A stretch of DNA of 64,000 nucleotides from Sphagnum compactum. Lineage: Eukaryota. A model generated the notes under the pieces. That model had not been told where the DNA came from. It did not search any database and saw nothing but the letters and a program-made list of their open reading frames with translations. The DNA lies in contig OZ234493.1 in assembly GCA_965153455.1 (NCBI GenBank), positions 17,350,213-17,414,212 on the forward strand, in the 5' to 3' direction. Of the stretch, positions 22,637-35,100 are shown piece by piece (positions within the stretch are counted from its first letter, which is position 1; each line of letters opens with the position of its first letter). The translations under genes were made by a program, and so were the position numbers.

Positions 22637-25600
22637 GCGAGCCACTTGCAAATTCTCTGCACGAATCTCACACCCTGATTTGTCGTGGTACAGTTATTCT
22701 TTTCTGCCTGTAGCAATTTTGCAATCACAGAAATACCCTATAGGTACAAGAAGTTGTCTACGCGAAGTTTTGTAATTCCATAAGTGGAGTTGTATTTTTG
22801 TTTGACCATATTAGGTGCGCCTTGTGAATTGGGTTAGTGGAACATTCTTTAGTAGCACTGTTTATCAATATTGTCCGATATTGCTTATCGTGTACTAAAT
22901 CAATACCAATACCAAGTTTTTAAACATACCTATGTATGTATATTGATTCATCTTTTGAAAATTCTTCGAAAACTTGTCACCAATCACTATATCTGCCTAG
23001 GGATGTTTAGCATTGTGGCTCCAACATCACATAAATGAAAAAAAAACTAGCAACAACTTGATTTCTGTGCACAAGTAAATGAAGTTTTGGATTGATTGAG
23101 GTGTAGAATTGCATTGTGTGACTTGCATAAACTCAAGGGGAATAAGGGTTAGGAGTATGTTCTACAAAAGATTTTGCACAATCCAAGGTGGAACCTTTTT
23201 TTTTCAAATTGGAAAATTATGTGAATAAACATGTAGAGTCATGTATATTGGTCTTTGGGTAAAAATTATGATTTGATTGGTTATAATTTGATAGGATTAT
23301 GTTTGTTTTCAAAACCAAGATATGATTAATATACAAATATATGCATGTTAATCCTAGGTATTGGAAAATGTTAGGAATAATATAACATATGTACAAGTGA
23401 CTTAAGTATTAATTAATAAGTTAAATTAAAATTTTGGATTCAAAGTTTGGAAAGGTTTTGATTTTTCAAGGTTTAGAATTTGAATTCAATATTTCGAGAA
23501 GGGGGGGGGGATAGTGTCATGAAGGGGTTGGCAAAGTTGCTTGAATGATGAATTAGCAATTATCCCCTAGGATTTCTTCTTGATATTGACATTATATAGT
23601 CTTTGTGAATGTTTTTGTACTCAATGGTTGTTTGCTTGGTATATAATATGAGCATATGAATACCCCATGGTTCCTAGTGACTTTAACTAAAACTAAACTT
23701 CAAACAGATATATGCTACACATATTCAATGCAAATACAAAATTTTAAATAAGTCTAGGGTGGATTAAATACATAAAAAATAGAAATTTAAATAATATTTA
23801 AGCAAGATTTTTTTTTAATTCCCCCACATGACACACCCCAAAAAAATCCTTGTTGATTCATGTAATGTTAAATTTTAACACATAATGTCCGTCCTCAAGT
23901 AAAAGTATGAATACATGATTCACTTTTGACATTTTGAAAAGTCCGCATCTTACATTAGCTAAATTTCCTACAATTATTATAATTATCAAATTATAAATTT
24001 TATAATTGTCCCCTTATATGTTTTTGGTCAAAAATATTGGTAGGCCACCCTATAGATATCATTAAACATGTGATTGGTCAAAAAATCTATATGAAAGCTT
24101 GAAATTTTCAATATCAAATATTTGGAAATGATAAAAAAAAATGATGAAAATCATGGCAAATTCAAAATTTTAAAATCAAAATTTCTATTATTGGAAAAAA
24201 TTTAGTGCAGTTTATTTTTAATTAATTCCTCATTTGATGGTGTTTTACTTTTCAATTGCAAATGAAATGTCTCTTTCAGTGATATTTTTCATAGTACTAT
24301 GACACATTTTGATTTCACAATTTTTATATTGTATGCATGATGGACACAATGTCATAATTTCAAAAGTCTATTACGAGTCAACATTTTTTTCTAGAACTTA
24401 TTCATATTTTTCAATATGACTCCCACTAAAGTCTATTAAAATAAGTATAATTAAAATATTGACAATGTTTATGATGAATATTTCTTTATATTTTAAGCTC
24501 ATTTGTAATCTCACAAAATTGTGATTGTGATAGTGCAAATAATTCATCCAATTGTGCTTTCACCCCTTTGAATGCACATTTGAAAAATATGAAATTGTAT
24601 GTTCATAGGGTACTTAACCAAGTTGACTAGTTTTTAATTTAGAGAGAACCTTTCGGTTTCAATCCTGAAATAAAATAGAATTATCTCAGATTTACTTCCA
24701 CACATAAATGTAATTGGTCTACTTTTCAAAATAAATAGATTATGTTCCAATTCTAGTCCCAATTTTGAAAATGAGACCCAATTTTTATTTAGTTCTTATC
24801 AACTTAGACCAAAATGATTAGTAAATTGTTGTGAACCTTTGGTTTTAGTAATGGCTTCTCAAAACTTTGGTTCCAACTCCAGTTCCACATAACGTAAATT
24901 GAATAATTGGGAACCTTGTAATTTTGGGTTTGGTTATTTAAGAAAATAAAAAACGCTTTCTAGGTTCATGTCCCAATTTTGAAAGTCAAATTCAATTCCA
25001 TAATATGTTTCCACTTAGTTTTATATATGTTACAAATCTTAGTCAAAAACATAAAGGCAAATTGGTCCAAATTAAGTAAAAGGAGCCATTTGCACCAAGG
25101 CCAAGCCCTTAAAAATAAAATAATTTACAAAATATTTTTAAAATCAACTTTAATTTTTTAAAAATTCTTATGACCCAAAAGATGTTCCATGCTATTATGT
25201 AAAGATGCACATAAAAAGATTCCCATCAAAATGTCAGGTTCAAATGATTTGAAATTCATTTTAGAGTCTTCAGGCAACCAAAAACATTGGTTATCATGTT
25301 GAAATGATTTTTCAATACTTTATATTCATCATATTCCTTAAAATTTATCAAAATCATATTTTCATAATACAGTAAGGTTATTTTTGTATAAGTTCATCCA
25401 AACATTTCAACCTCAATTTAAGTTACCACCTATCAAATTATCCCAAAATGGCTCCAACTATGAACAAAAATCAAGAAATGTAGTTCACATGTCCATGTTG
25501 TATATGTATTGAAACATGGATGCAAAATATTAACATCCCCATTCATGTTGGAAGTATTAAACATTCTAAAATCATAATTCAGATATTTTGGAAAATATTA

Positions 25601-25736
25601 TACTACATGTGCCAAAATGCATTTTAATTAATTATTTATTAATTTGGCATCGGGTGCTGAATTCATTAAGCTATGATAGCATTTGTTCAATTTAGTTGTT
25701 AGAAACGTTAGAAACCGGGAGTTAGAAACGTTATTA

Positions 25737-26365
25737 AAAACGTTTCCAGAATGCTGCAGGATCCGCCTTCGCTAAACCACATAGCTGTTTAGCCTTGAGC
25801 ACATCATAAGCACGTTTCTTCCTTTTGTACAATTGTTTCATTTGCTTAAGTCTGACCTGCCTATCTGGGTGTGCATGTGACAATTTAGCAAACTGGCTTT
25901 TAGTCTGGCGACATTCTGTGTCAAACCAGGGTTTGTGGCTGTGCTTTATTGCTTTTCCTAAGGCCACTTGTCTATTTCCAAACACTTCTTCTGCAGATTG
26001 TGTGATGCACTGTTGTAACAGATTGACTGTTGTTTGTACGTCAGATGCATCAAGTACATCTGGGCTTGCCCAGACACCGATGTTATGCTATACACTCATG
26101 CTAAACTTGGCCACTTTGGCAGTGTCATATTTGAAACCTGGTAGGTGTTTGATTGCCTTTTGCTGAACAGGAGGGGGTTGCCACTGTTGTGTGATTGTAA
26201 GTACCGATGGTCTATGATCAGAGTGCGCATCTTTGTGACCTGAGTACTTTTCATCGCAGTTAACCTCTAAGCGCTTGACCCCCTCTAATTGGTCAGCTGT
26301 CGTAAGAAAATAGTCCACAGTGCTAAAACCTTTATTGGATAGGCATGTGTACTCCCCTGACACAT
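25737..26365 (-). mobile_element. LINE ORF2 remnant (APE endonuclease C-terminus and linker)
   Basis: Minus-strand peptides GEYTCLSNKGFSTVDYFL, HSDHRP and HKPWFDTECRQTK..ADPAAFWKRF. Confidence 0.8.
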
Positions 26366-26649
26366 AGTTATGACATTCTTGGTGCGAGAATGTTATGGAA
26401 GCCCAAAGAAGCAAGAATTTTAAAAAAATTTAAAAAAATTTATAGATCAACCAGTGTAATTTGGTAAACATTCGCGGGTAAAGAATGTTATGACAAGGTG
26501 CTAAATGAAGAATTTTAAAGAATTTTAATGTGCAAAATGAAGAATGTCATAACTATGAAATAGCCTGGCATTATTATGCTGGGTTCTTGTTGTCGTCAAA
26601 TGGCCTCCGGCCTCTGACCTTATGAGTGTAATGCCCGGACCGGGAGTTA

Positions 26650-27135
26650 GAAACGTTATTAAAAACGCTTTTGACGTCAACTTGCATCATGACCCAATCA
26701 GGGTGTCGGTTGAGGAAGACTCTAATGCCAAAAATGATGGTCTCGTAGCCTTCAGGGGTCAATATTCCAAACCGAGGGGGGGATAAGTACTTTTGAAAGG
26801 CCCCCTCAAACTATAGGACAATGGAATGATTAATAAATCGAATAAACACTTCACCTACGGCAATAACACGAAGACCTTCGAGTTTGGAGCCTCAAACATT
26901 ACGCTAAAACAGCCTGACATTATCGACTGTAGTGCCCCGACCAGGAGTTCTGTATGTCACCATCACATCTGGCAAAAATGGGGAGCGCCCAATGACATCA
27001 TTCTTTCCTGGCCTTTTGTCATGCTTGGTGAAGCTGTCTTCGAGAGAGAAGTTGACCCCCCTGGAGTCCGAGGGTACTGTAACTTGTTGAGTAATTTGAT
27101 AATTACTCGGGTAATTTGGTTAAAAGGGAAAGTTT
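26650..27135 (-). mobile_element. Degenerate CRE/SLACS-like non-LTR reverse transcriptase fragment
   Basis: TPEGYETIIFGIRVFLNRHPDWVMMQVDVKSVFNNVS resembles the CRE-clade RT motif GxExIxHxxR..PDWVVLQVDxxNAFNxVS. Confidence 0.65.
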
Positions 27136-27479
27136 AGGGGTTAGGTTTGGTCATGGACCCTTGACTTTCACATATTAATGTGGAAGTCATGTGCATCATG
27201 TGAATGTGTATTTTTTTGTTTATGGGGGAATCACATGGGGAACCATGTAGGAGGCTTCTCCTACCCTAGTGATGACATTCTTCATTTTACACATTAAATT
27301 TTTTTAAAATTCTTCATTTAGCACCTTGTCAAAACATTCTTGACCCGCGAATGTTTACCAAATTACACTGGTTGATCTATAAATTTCGTTGAAATTATTG
27401 CTTCTTTGGGCTTCCATAACATTCTCGCACCAAGAATGTCATAACTATGATAATACTTGAAAGTTTGTTGCCACAAATG

Positions 27480-28917
27480 CTCCCCTCGATACCTTCCAAA
27501 CTCACTCGACACAGCAAAAGTGTTTGTTGTTTTATTCACCCCCAATGACGCGCTCCCAAGTCACGGGGTGAAACCCACTTGAGGGTTTCACAAAGTCAAG
27601 TTGCGGAAAGTTGAACTTGGTAGCACGCTGCCGGCTTCCAACTCTAGAAAGGGGTAGAGGGTCGAGTTGGGAGCCCAGGGATTAGACTAGGAAGAGGACT
27701 TAGTAGATCAAGCACGAATCTGCATCAAAACAAACCACCCACGTGGTTAGTTCACATTCCGGGACACCCTTTGGTGTTGGGACAAGCCACGGGCACTTGG
27801 ACACACAAGACTCACCACGGCCCGGACTCGGGAGTATGCCACCACCATACTCCCTATAGTATTCTCTGCACCTCTCCACGGAGGTGGCATCCAAATGGCA
27901 CAAATTCCCGGGACTCCCGAAATGGAGTCCCGAAATTGTCCCAAAACTGTCCCTACGGGACTCCCGGGACTTTGGACGGCCATAACTCCCGACTGCAGAG
28001 TTCGATCGCAACGAGGTCTGAAGCAAAGTTGTAGCCCTCGTCGAGATCTTTCCAACGCCATGTAGCACTCTCAATTCGAACGTCGGGAACAGGTCGATTC
28101 CTGACTTTTAGTGGTCGGGAGTCAAACTGCCAGTTTGACTCCCGGCCCTTCTTTTGCCCCTAACTTGGGCTGCAGATGTCCAAATGGCCAATGCGAGGCC
28201 ATTTTCGATATCTACGCTTCAAGACCTTTCCAACGACACCAAGAACACCCCAAGGCGAGGTGTTTTGCCCCTTGCTGTCGAGCTCTAAACATTCGGGAAT
28301 CCCGGAGGACTCCCAAACCTCACTTTTTCCAAGTGTTGGGCTTCACCCCCACACTTGGCCAAAGTAGGGTTGCGACACCCAATATTCCTCTCAGGAACAT
28401 TCTGTGTACTTGTTCTACTTGTTGCAACCCTTTCGCCCCTGTTCAACCTGTCCACACCTCGCATGCATGGCTCAGTATTGGGCGTACCAGTGAGTCGAGC
28501 AACTGGCACATTACTTCCGGATTTGTTCCTTGCTATTCGTTTTGTACTTGTTCCTTGCTATTCCTTCCCTGCATCTTGCAAACCCAAGAAAAGGATCGAA
28601 GGATAAAGAAATATATACTACGACAAATTGAAAAAAATAGGAAAAGAAAAAATGAATGATAAAAATTAGACAAATAAATAAAAATGAATGAATAAGTAAA
28701 ACCGAGAAACACGACAAAAAAACCAGAAATACTCCGATGGATACCTTCCAAACTCCCCCAACACAGCAAAAGTGCCTGTTGTTTTTTTGACCCCTGATGT
28801 TCCTCTCAGGAACATTATGTGTACTTGTTCTACTTGTTGGAAACCTTTCGCCCCTGTACAACCTGTCCACACCTCGCATGCATAGCTCAGTACTGGGCGT
28901 ACTGGTGAGTCAAACAT
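27480..28917 (-). mobile_element. Two copies of a LINE RT C-terminal fragment, the first interrupted by the solo LTR
   Basis: FDSPVRPVLSYACEVWTGC..QVEQVHIMFLRGTSGVKKTTGTFAVLGEFGRYP at 28735-28917; a matching copy at 28383-28500 plus 27480-27545. Confidence 0.8.
27546..28377 (-). mobile_element. Solo LTR (832 bp) with 5-bp target-site duplication, inserted in a LINE remnant
   Basis: TG...CA termini (TGACGCGC...TTGCGACA), flanked by CCCAA on both sides (27541-27545 and 28378-28382). Removing it rejoins the LINE peptide MFLRGILGVNKTT. The strand call is tentative. Confidence 0.85.
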
Positions 28918-30387
28918 TACTTCCGGATCGGTTTAAGGTTTAGGGTACGACATGAATCCACGATCTTCCAGTTTGGAGCATTTGACCCAGGTCGGACATG
29001 TGATGCCACGTTGCCTGCATCTTTCTCTTTTTCTTTTTATTTAACGTCAATACCCGGACCCGCCGAAGTATGTATCTCTACGAGGCTAAAAAATAAAACC
29101 TGGAACATTCAACACCCTTCGATTGCACAGAACTTAGAGTTGTATGTTCTTTGTCGACCGAATCTTACCGTAAGCGCTGATGATAACGAAAATCTCCAAC
29201 TTACATAATTCCAAGTGTAAGGATGATTTTCAAAAGTGTATGAAATAAAATTTTCTCTCCTAGCTTGCTTGTATTTGTTCCCTGCTATTCTTTCCATGCC
29301 TCCTACAAAGCCAAGAAAAGGGTAGAAGAATAAAAATAACATACTAGCACACATTGGAAAAACAGGGGGAAAAAAAATGATCAAAAGAAGACAAATAAAT
29401 AAAACTAATAAATACGACCAAAACAAAGATAAGAAACATTGGGTAAGAAGAAGATTATGAAAAAATGGGGAAAAACGAGGTTTAGGGAAAAAATAGTGGA
29501 GGATGAAAATAAGGGGAAAAAATGTTTGATGTTATATTCTTCGCATTTCCCACTCCCGTTCTTTAACCCGTCGAGCCCCCCCCTGCCCGGTCCTTTCGAT
29601 CCTTCACATTTCCCACTCCGGTTCTTTACCCAGTCGATCCCCCCCCCCCCCCCCTTTTTTCGCATTTCCCACTCTGGTTCAAGACGCGAAGAGGCAACCC
29701 CTATTTATTTATGCGCTTTTTGAACATTGTTCTTTTAGTTCCTGTAACCCCATATACATGCACTCTGGGAGGGTAACCCTAGGGCGGTTGAGAGCAGTGC
29801 TATATTTAGTTACTGTCCGTTCGGCTTCAGGGGAGGCTTCATTGTCGGTACCATCCTTCCTTTACTATATGTAGTAGCAAAATATTAACCCCGATTCATG
29901 ACGGCGCTATTAGTTGCACATGATTTGGAAAGATATATTGACTTATTGCAGTATTCGGCCTGCCACCTTCCATCAATTAGGACTCCGGACCAAATTATTA
30001 TTGCTGGCAAGGGTGTTCCCAGCATATGTCTAGGGTTTTTGATTGGACCCACCAATTATTCTATGATCTACGGCTGGTGGATAACAACGAGGCGGAAGAG
30101 GGTTTTGGTTGTCCCGCGGGCGTGGGACGGACGCGCGGCCAGAAAAGTGTTTTCTTTTCAGTTCTCTGGTTTTGAAAGTTTGGCGATCCCCCCGCCCAAA
30201 AAAGCAAATCTGGTCCTATTTTTACCTTTTAAAGAGGAAAATTTCCAAACTTTTCCAAAAATCTATTATCGTTGGGCGCTGAGAACTCACCCAAACAAAT
30301 TCACTGTGACCAACAGTTCTTTTTATTCTGATTTATTTCAAAGAACCAGCGGTTCTTCTCTGGTGCTGAAATCATTTAAATAACCGG

Positions 30388-31300
30388 CGACGGCTTCTTG
30401 CCCGACGGATTAGAGGCTGATGAACACCTATAGTCGACGACCGAGAATGGAAGGGTACTCGATTTTCCGTCCCTAATGCATCGATCGGGGAACATGCATC
30501 TATCGATTCTCTTCGTCTGCATATCTCATCCCATGTAATCGCTTTCACGAAGGGAAACGAAAGGTTTTTGAATTCTCATCTGAATTTGGATGGAACGTAA
30601 TTGGATGTGAAAAAAAGACAGACCGGTCGGTGAAGAAGAAAAGTGGGGGGCAGAAGAGATCGACGCCGCCTCTCTTCAGTCTTCTCTCCCTCTCTCGCAA
30701 AGAAACCCACAAAATTGAAGCAAAAACCCTGATCCCAAGTCTCTAGACGAAATCCCGGGCCAATTCCAGGCTCGATGATTGGGGGCCATGGGAACCCCCC
30801 CCCCCCGGCCCGCTCCCTCCCCCGGACCCCATCCAAAATTCGACCCTACCCGCCAATCTCGGTCTCTTGTTTCTGCCCAACAGCTGGACCAGCTTTAGTT
30901 ATCATTGATCACCTAAAATTCGTCTTGAATGTCCGGAAACGGGCACGTTTCGCACTGAACGTCCCTGACCGTTGCCGGCGACGACTTCTTGCCCGACGGA
31001 CGGATTAGAGGCTGATGAACACCTATAGTCGACGACCGAGAGCGGAAGGGTAGTCGATTTTCCGTCCCTAATGCATCGATCGGGGAATATGCATCCATCG
31101 ATTCTCTTCGTCTGCATATCTCATCCCATGTAATCGCTTTCACGAAGGGAAACGAAAGGTTTTTGAATTCTCATCTGAATTTGGATGAAACGTAGTTGGA
31201 TGAGAAAAAAAGACAGACCGGTCGGGGAAGAAGAGGAGCGGGGGGCAGAAGAGAAAGACGCCGCCTCTCTTCATTCTTCCCTCTCTCTCTCGCAAAGAAA
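30388..31300 (+). repeat. Direct duplication of ~310 bp (30388-30700 and 30980-31300)
   Basis: GGATTAGAGGCTGATGAACACCTATAGTCGACGACCGAG...CTCTCTCGCAAAGAAAC occurs twice. Confidence 0.9.
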
Positions 31301-32586
31301 CTCACTTCCTCGCTCGCTCTCGAGGCCGTGCATATTCGTTAGGCAGGCAGCTGCGCCATCGCCATCTGTGCAGCAGCAGCACTTCCTCACTCGCTCTCAA
31401 GGCCGTGCATATTCGTCGGGCAGGCAGCTGCGCCATCGTCGTCTGTGCAGCAGCAGCAAGCTCCAGACAACTTGCTGGGTCTTTGTCTGACATTTTGGTG
31501 GGCATAATATTCTGGGGAGTGCTTTCAGCGCTTTACAACAAACACAATAGTTGCTCAAAGGTTCTTGCACGCTGCAACGTTGTTGTAGGCTGTTGAAATC
31601 ATTCGCAGTAAAGGCAGGTATGTTTTCTCTTTTGCTCTGTGTTTGTGTTTCCCTCTTGCTTGTCGGCTCCTTTTTTTTTTGCCCTCTTCCGGAGCAACCC
31701 CGGAGGAGTATTTTCTGCTCGATGTTATGTTCCGAGTGCATCTAGAGAGTGCATCTAGAGGGTGTTCAGGAGCCACGAGCTCACGAGTAGCTCTAGCCGC
31801 TGAACGGTCGTGGTCAAGATAGTTCACACTTATCGTGGTATCACTCTTACTGACTGCTTCAACAAGCAGTCCAAACCAACATGAAACAGCTGATTAAAAC
31901 AGCTAGTCAAGATAGTTCACACTCTGAAAGAGGGAATCTGGACCCGTCAGAACGCTCGCCGTCCATCACAACCAGGACTATGTCACTGGCAGGACGTTCA
32001 TCTGGCGAGGAGCCGCCGACCGAAACTGGACAAATCCATCGCAGCAATCCCGCTCGGGGCGGCGAGCAATTTCTCGTCGTCCGAGGTGTGAGTCTTGTCT
32101 ATGTTAGAGAACACAGATCAAATGTACGCACTATAGAACAGATCCTGTTCAAGTACAGTCGTGGAGATAATGCCGCTGAACGATCGTGGTCAAGACAGTT
32201 CACACTTATCGTGGTATCGCTCTTACTGACTGCTTCAACAAGTAGTCTGAACCAACATGAAACAGCTGATTAAAACCTTTATCTATCCTGCTCCTCATCC
32301 ACTGTAATTGTCATCTAAACTTACTTCGGAGAGTTGTGGCATTAGGACCCTTGCTGACTTGTGACAAACCCGAATGTGCAAGAATTCAGGGAGGAGAAAG
32401 GGCTCGGTCACCCTCCTTCTCAGGAGCGGTCAGTTGAATTTAACAACCAGACTTATGTTAGCATACCTTGGTAAGCATGTGGAAAGCAGCTCAGATTTTG
32501 TTTTCCAGAAACTGTACGTTCAGATTATTAGAAGGTTTTCTGCAAACATCTATATTTGTGGTGATAGAAGTTGTCATATCCTGCAG

Positions 32587-33119
32587 GATTTCAACCAGAA
32601 ATTGAAGGCGCCATTCTCACTGAAGAGTTCCAGTTCAAGACGGCCTCTACGTGTACAACTTACGAGGGGTGGCGAGCAGTTGCAAGGTAATGAGACCTAA
32701 GCAGTGCCAACTTACTGTAAGATTGTGCAAACCGAGTGCTTATTTGTGTGCTGTGCAAAGTATTTCTGAGTTAGTGCTTGGAATGTCGCTAACTGCCAGG
32801 TTACATTATTCAGAGCAAGTGCAATGCTTCCAATAGGACTTCAGTAACGTGTTTTGTTACTTTTCACAGGAGGAGCTTATACCAGCTGTAGCTCAGCATT
32901 TTGCTGCTCAGGTTTGGCCTCTACGTCCAATTTAACTTGTTTGTGCCTTTTGTGTGTGGTGGGAAGTTAAATACTGGCTTACTATACTTCTTCTGGTTAC
33001 GATAACGCAGCTAACTGGTCATATGTCAGGTCGTGGAGGACAATGAGACACTGTTGTCCTTCGAATTCTTTCTGAAGAAGCGGCATTTGCAAGCTCCACA
33101 ATATCCCAGCATCAGGTAG
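32587..33119 (+). pseudogene. SAP30-like (Sin3-binding domain) histone deacetylase complex subunit, 3' exons, degenerate
   Basis: Spliced ..YNLRGVASSCK|EELIPAVAQHFAAQ (32870-32911)|VVEDNETLLSFEFFLKKRHL..stop (33030-33119), with GT-AG junctions. Resembles the SAP30 Sin3-binding motif KEELxxAVxxHFxxQxVxExExLxxF. Confidence 0.65.
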
Positions 33120-33428
33120 CTGCCCGCACTGTAGCCAAATGATAAACTGCATGCGATGATAATAACCAGTTTAGGACTATGAGACTCTAGAAACTTACTT
33201 GCCTCCGCCAAAATCTTTGAAATGGGTTTGGTGAGGGAGATGTGTGCCTTTGCAACCAATCCTCCTCCTTGTGGCTGATGTTTGATGTATTATTGCTGGC
33301 TGCTGCAGGGAGATCGAATTCTCGGCATTGGGGACACTGCACTGTTTCAGGCAGGAAATGCGCCTCCCTTCATTCAAATATCCTGAAAAGTGCCTGTTGA
33401 GAAAGAGGATAAACTGAAATACAAGGTC

Positions 33429-35100
33429 ATGGCACCTCCGAGTAGAGCGAGCTGTCATTATTGTGAGCTTTGCGACAGGACTCTCGTCCCCGGCGCCAAC
33501 CTCGAGGAGCACAAGGTCGGAGCCATCCATCGAGGCTTGATGGAGGCGTCCGGGAAGATGACGAGACGTCAACTTCAAGTGTTCCGAGAGGAGTTGAAGG
33601 TCGGTCGTCGCAAACAAAAGTTGCCGGCTAAACGGGCCATCCTGGAGGCTCTACGAGAGCCGGTGGAACCCAGCAATTGGTGCGTTCCTTTTTTTCTCTC
33701 AATTGTCTTTTATCGGATTTTTTTTCTTTTCATAGAGCCTTTTTTATTTTTTGTTTGTCCTTTTTAATTTTTTTTTTTGTCTCCTGCCTCATGACTGGGT
33801 TTGTGATCAAAAATTATATCCACCTACTTTTTCCCCTTCGTGCGTAGGAACACGGGCTTGAAACAGACCGTGCATTGGGGGCCTCTCGAGAGCGCTTGGA
33901 TCCTTACCCATTTTCGACGGAAAGGGATCGATATCCCGGACGTTGTGAAAGACGTTGTTGGGCTGGGCTGTGAGACTACGCAGGAGCTGAGGAGGAAAGA
34001 ACAAAACACAACCTTGGACGGTTTCCGAGAGCTCTTGACGGATTGTGTCTTGATTTATGAAGGGGCCGTGGTTGCCATCTTGTTGCACGAGTTGGTTCCG
34101 TCCTATCAAGCCGACGAGTATTTCGCTGCGATGGCCCACATGTGGGAGTTTGGCGGACACATCACCAGGACTTGTTCCCCTGAGACCAGGATGGCCATGT
34201 TTGGACACAGATTCTGCTACAACGACTCTGTCCCTGCCAGGTGAGCTTTTAAACCTTCCATGTACCATCCCCATTTTCCTGGTTTTTCCCCTCGGACGCA
34301 CATTTTGATTTTCCATCTTTTTTTAGGTTCTTCCATAAGCAGCGGAGCAAGGAATCCCTTCTCGCGCACACGGCAGAAGACTTGGAGGCCTACGGCAATG
34401 CTTGGGCCGACAAGTTTGTCGACACCAATTTACGCCCCCACTTGGCGTCTTGGCTTCAGGAACTTGAAGATGTCTATCCCAAAGAGCTCCCTAAACTCAG
34501 GGCGCGTCTGGGAAAGACGCCATTCACTGCCATGGGGGTCACCAGGAATTATGTGTCTGCAGCACACACGGATCGAGACGTCTTGCATTCCGTGATTTCT
34601 TGGTTTATCCGAGGTATTCTTTACTTTTCATCTGTTTTCTTTATTTTTCCCTTTTATCCATTTTGTTTCAGGTTCATATTGTGCTTGTGTGATCCTTTCC
34701 AGGGGACGTGGCGGATGTCGGGAAATTTGTTTTCCCTGGTTTTAGCCTATTTTTCCGACCTCGATCGGGGACCGTGCTCCTTCTGAACTCTTCCCGGTTG
34801 AGCCACTACACGGCGGCAGTCCTAAATCCTGCGCATTGCCAATATGGGTGTGCCTTGTATGTGAGACGGTCCACTCAGACCACTTATGTTAGGAGGCAAG
34901 ATCGCATAGAGCAGATTGGCGATATGTTAGATTCCGCCATGCGTGAGGCGAATGCGGCACGTCGACGAGAGATTATTGCCCCCCTTCCAATTAATTCTGA
35001 AAATGCTCCGCCTCGGAGCGAGGGTAGGAGACAACTTGATGGCGTATTACGTATCAAATTCTCTCCTGTCGGCATCGAGCGATGTGAAGGGGAGGACTAG
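33429..35100 (+). CDS. 4-exon gene (33429-33679, 33848-34240, 34327-34613, 34703-35100; 442 aa): N-terminal C2H2 zinc finger plus TET/JBP-like 2OG-Fe(II) dioxygenase domain
   Basis: Three GT-AG introns join in frame with no stops (1329 nt). Zinc finger CELCDRTL..EEHKVGAIH. Double-stranded beta-helix motifs FTAMGVTRNYVSAAHTDRD (HxD), GKFVFPG..FRPRSGTVLLLNSSRLSHYT (distal His), then YGCALY. Confidence 0.8.
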
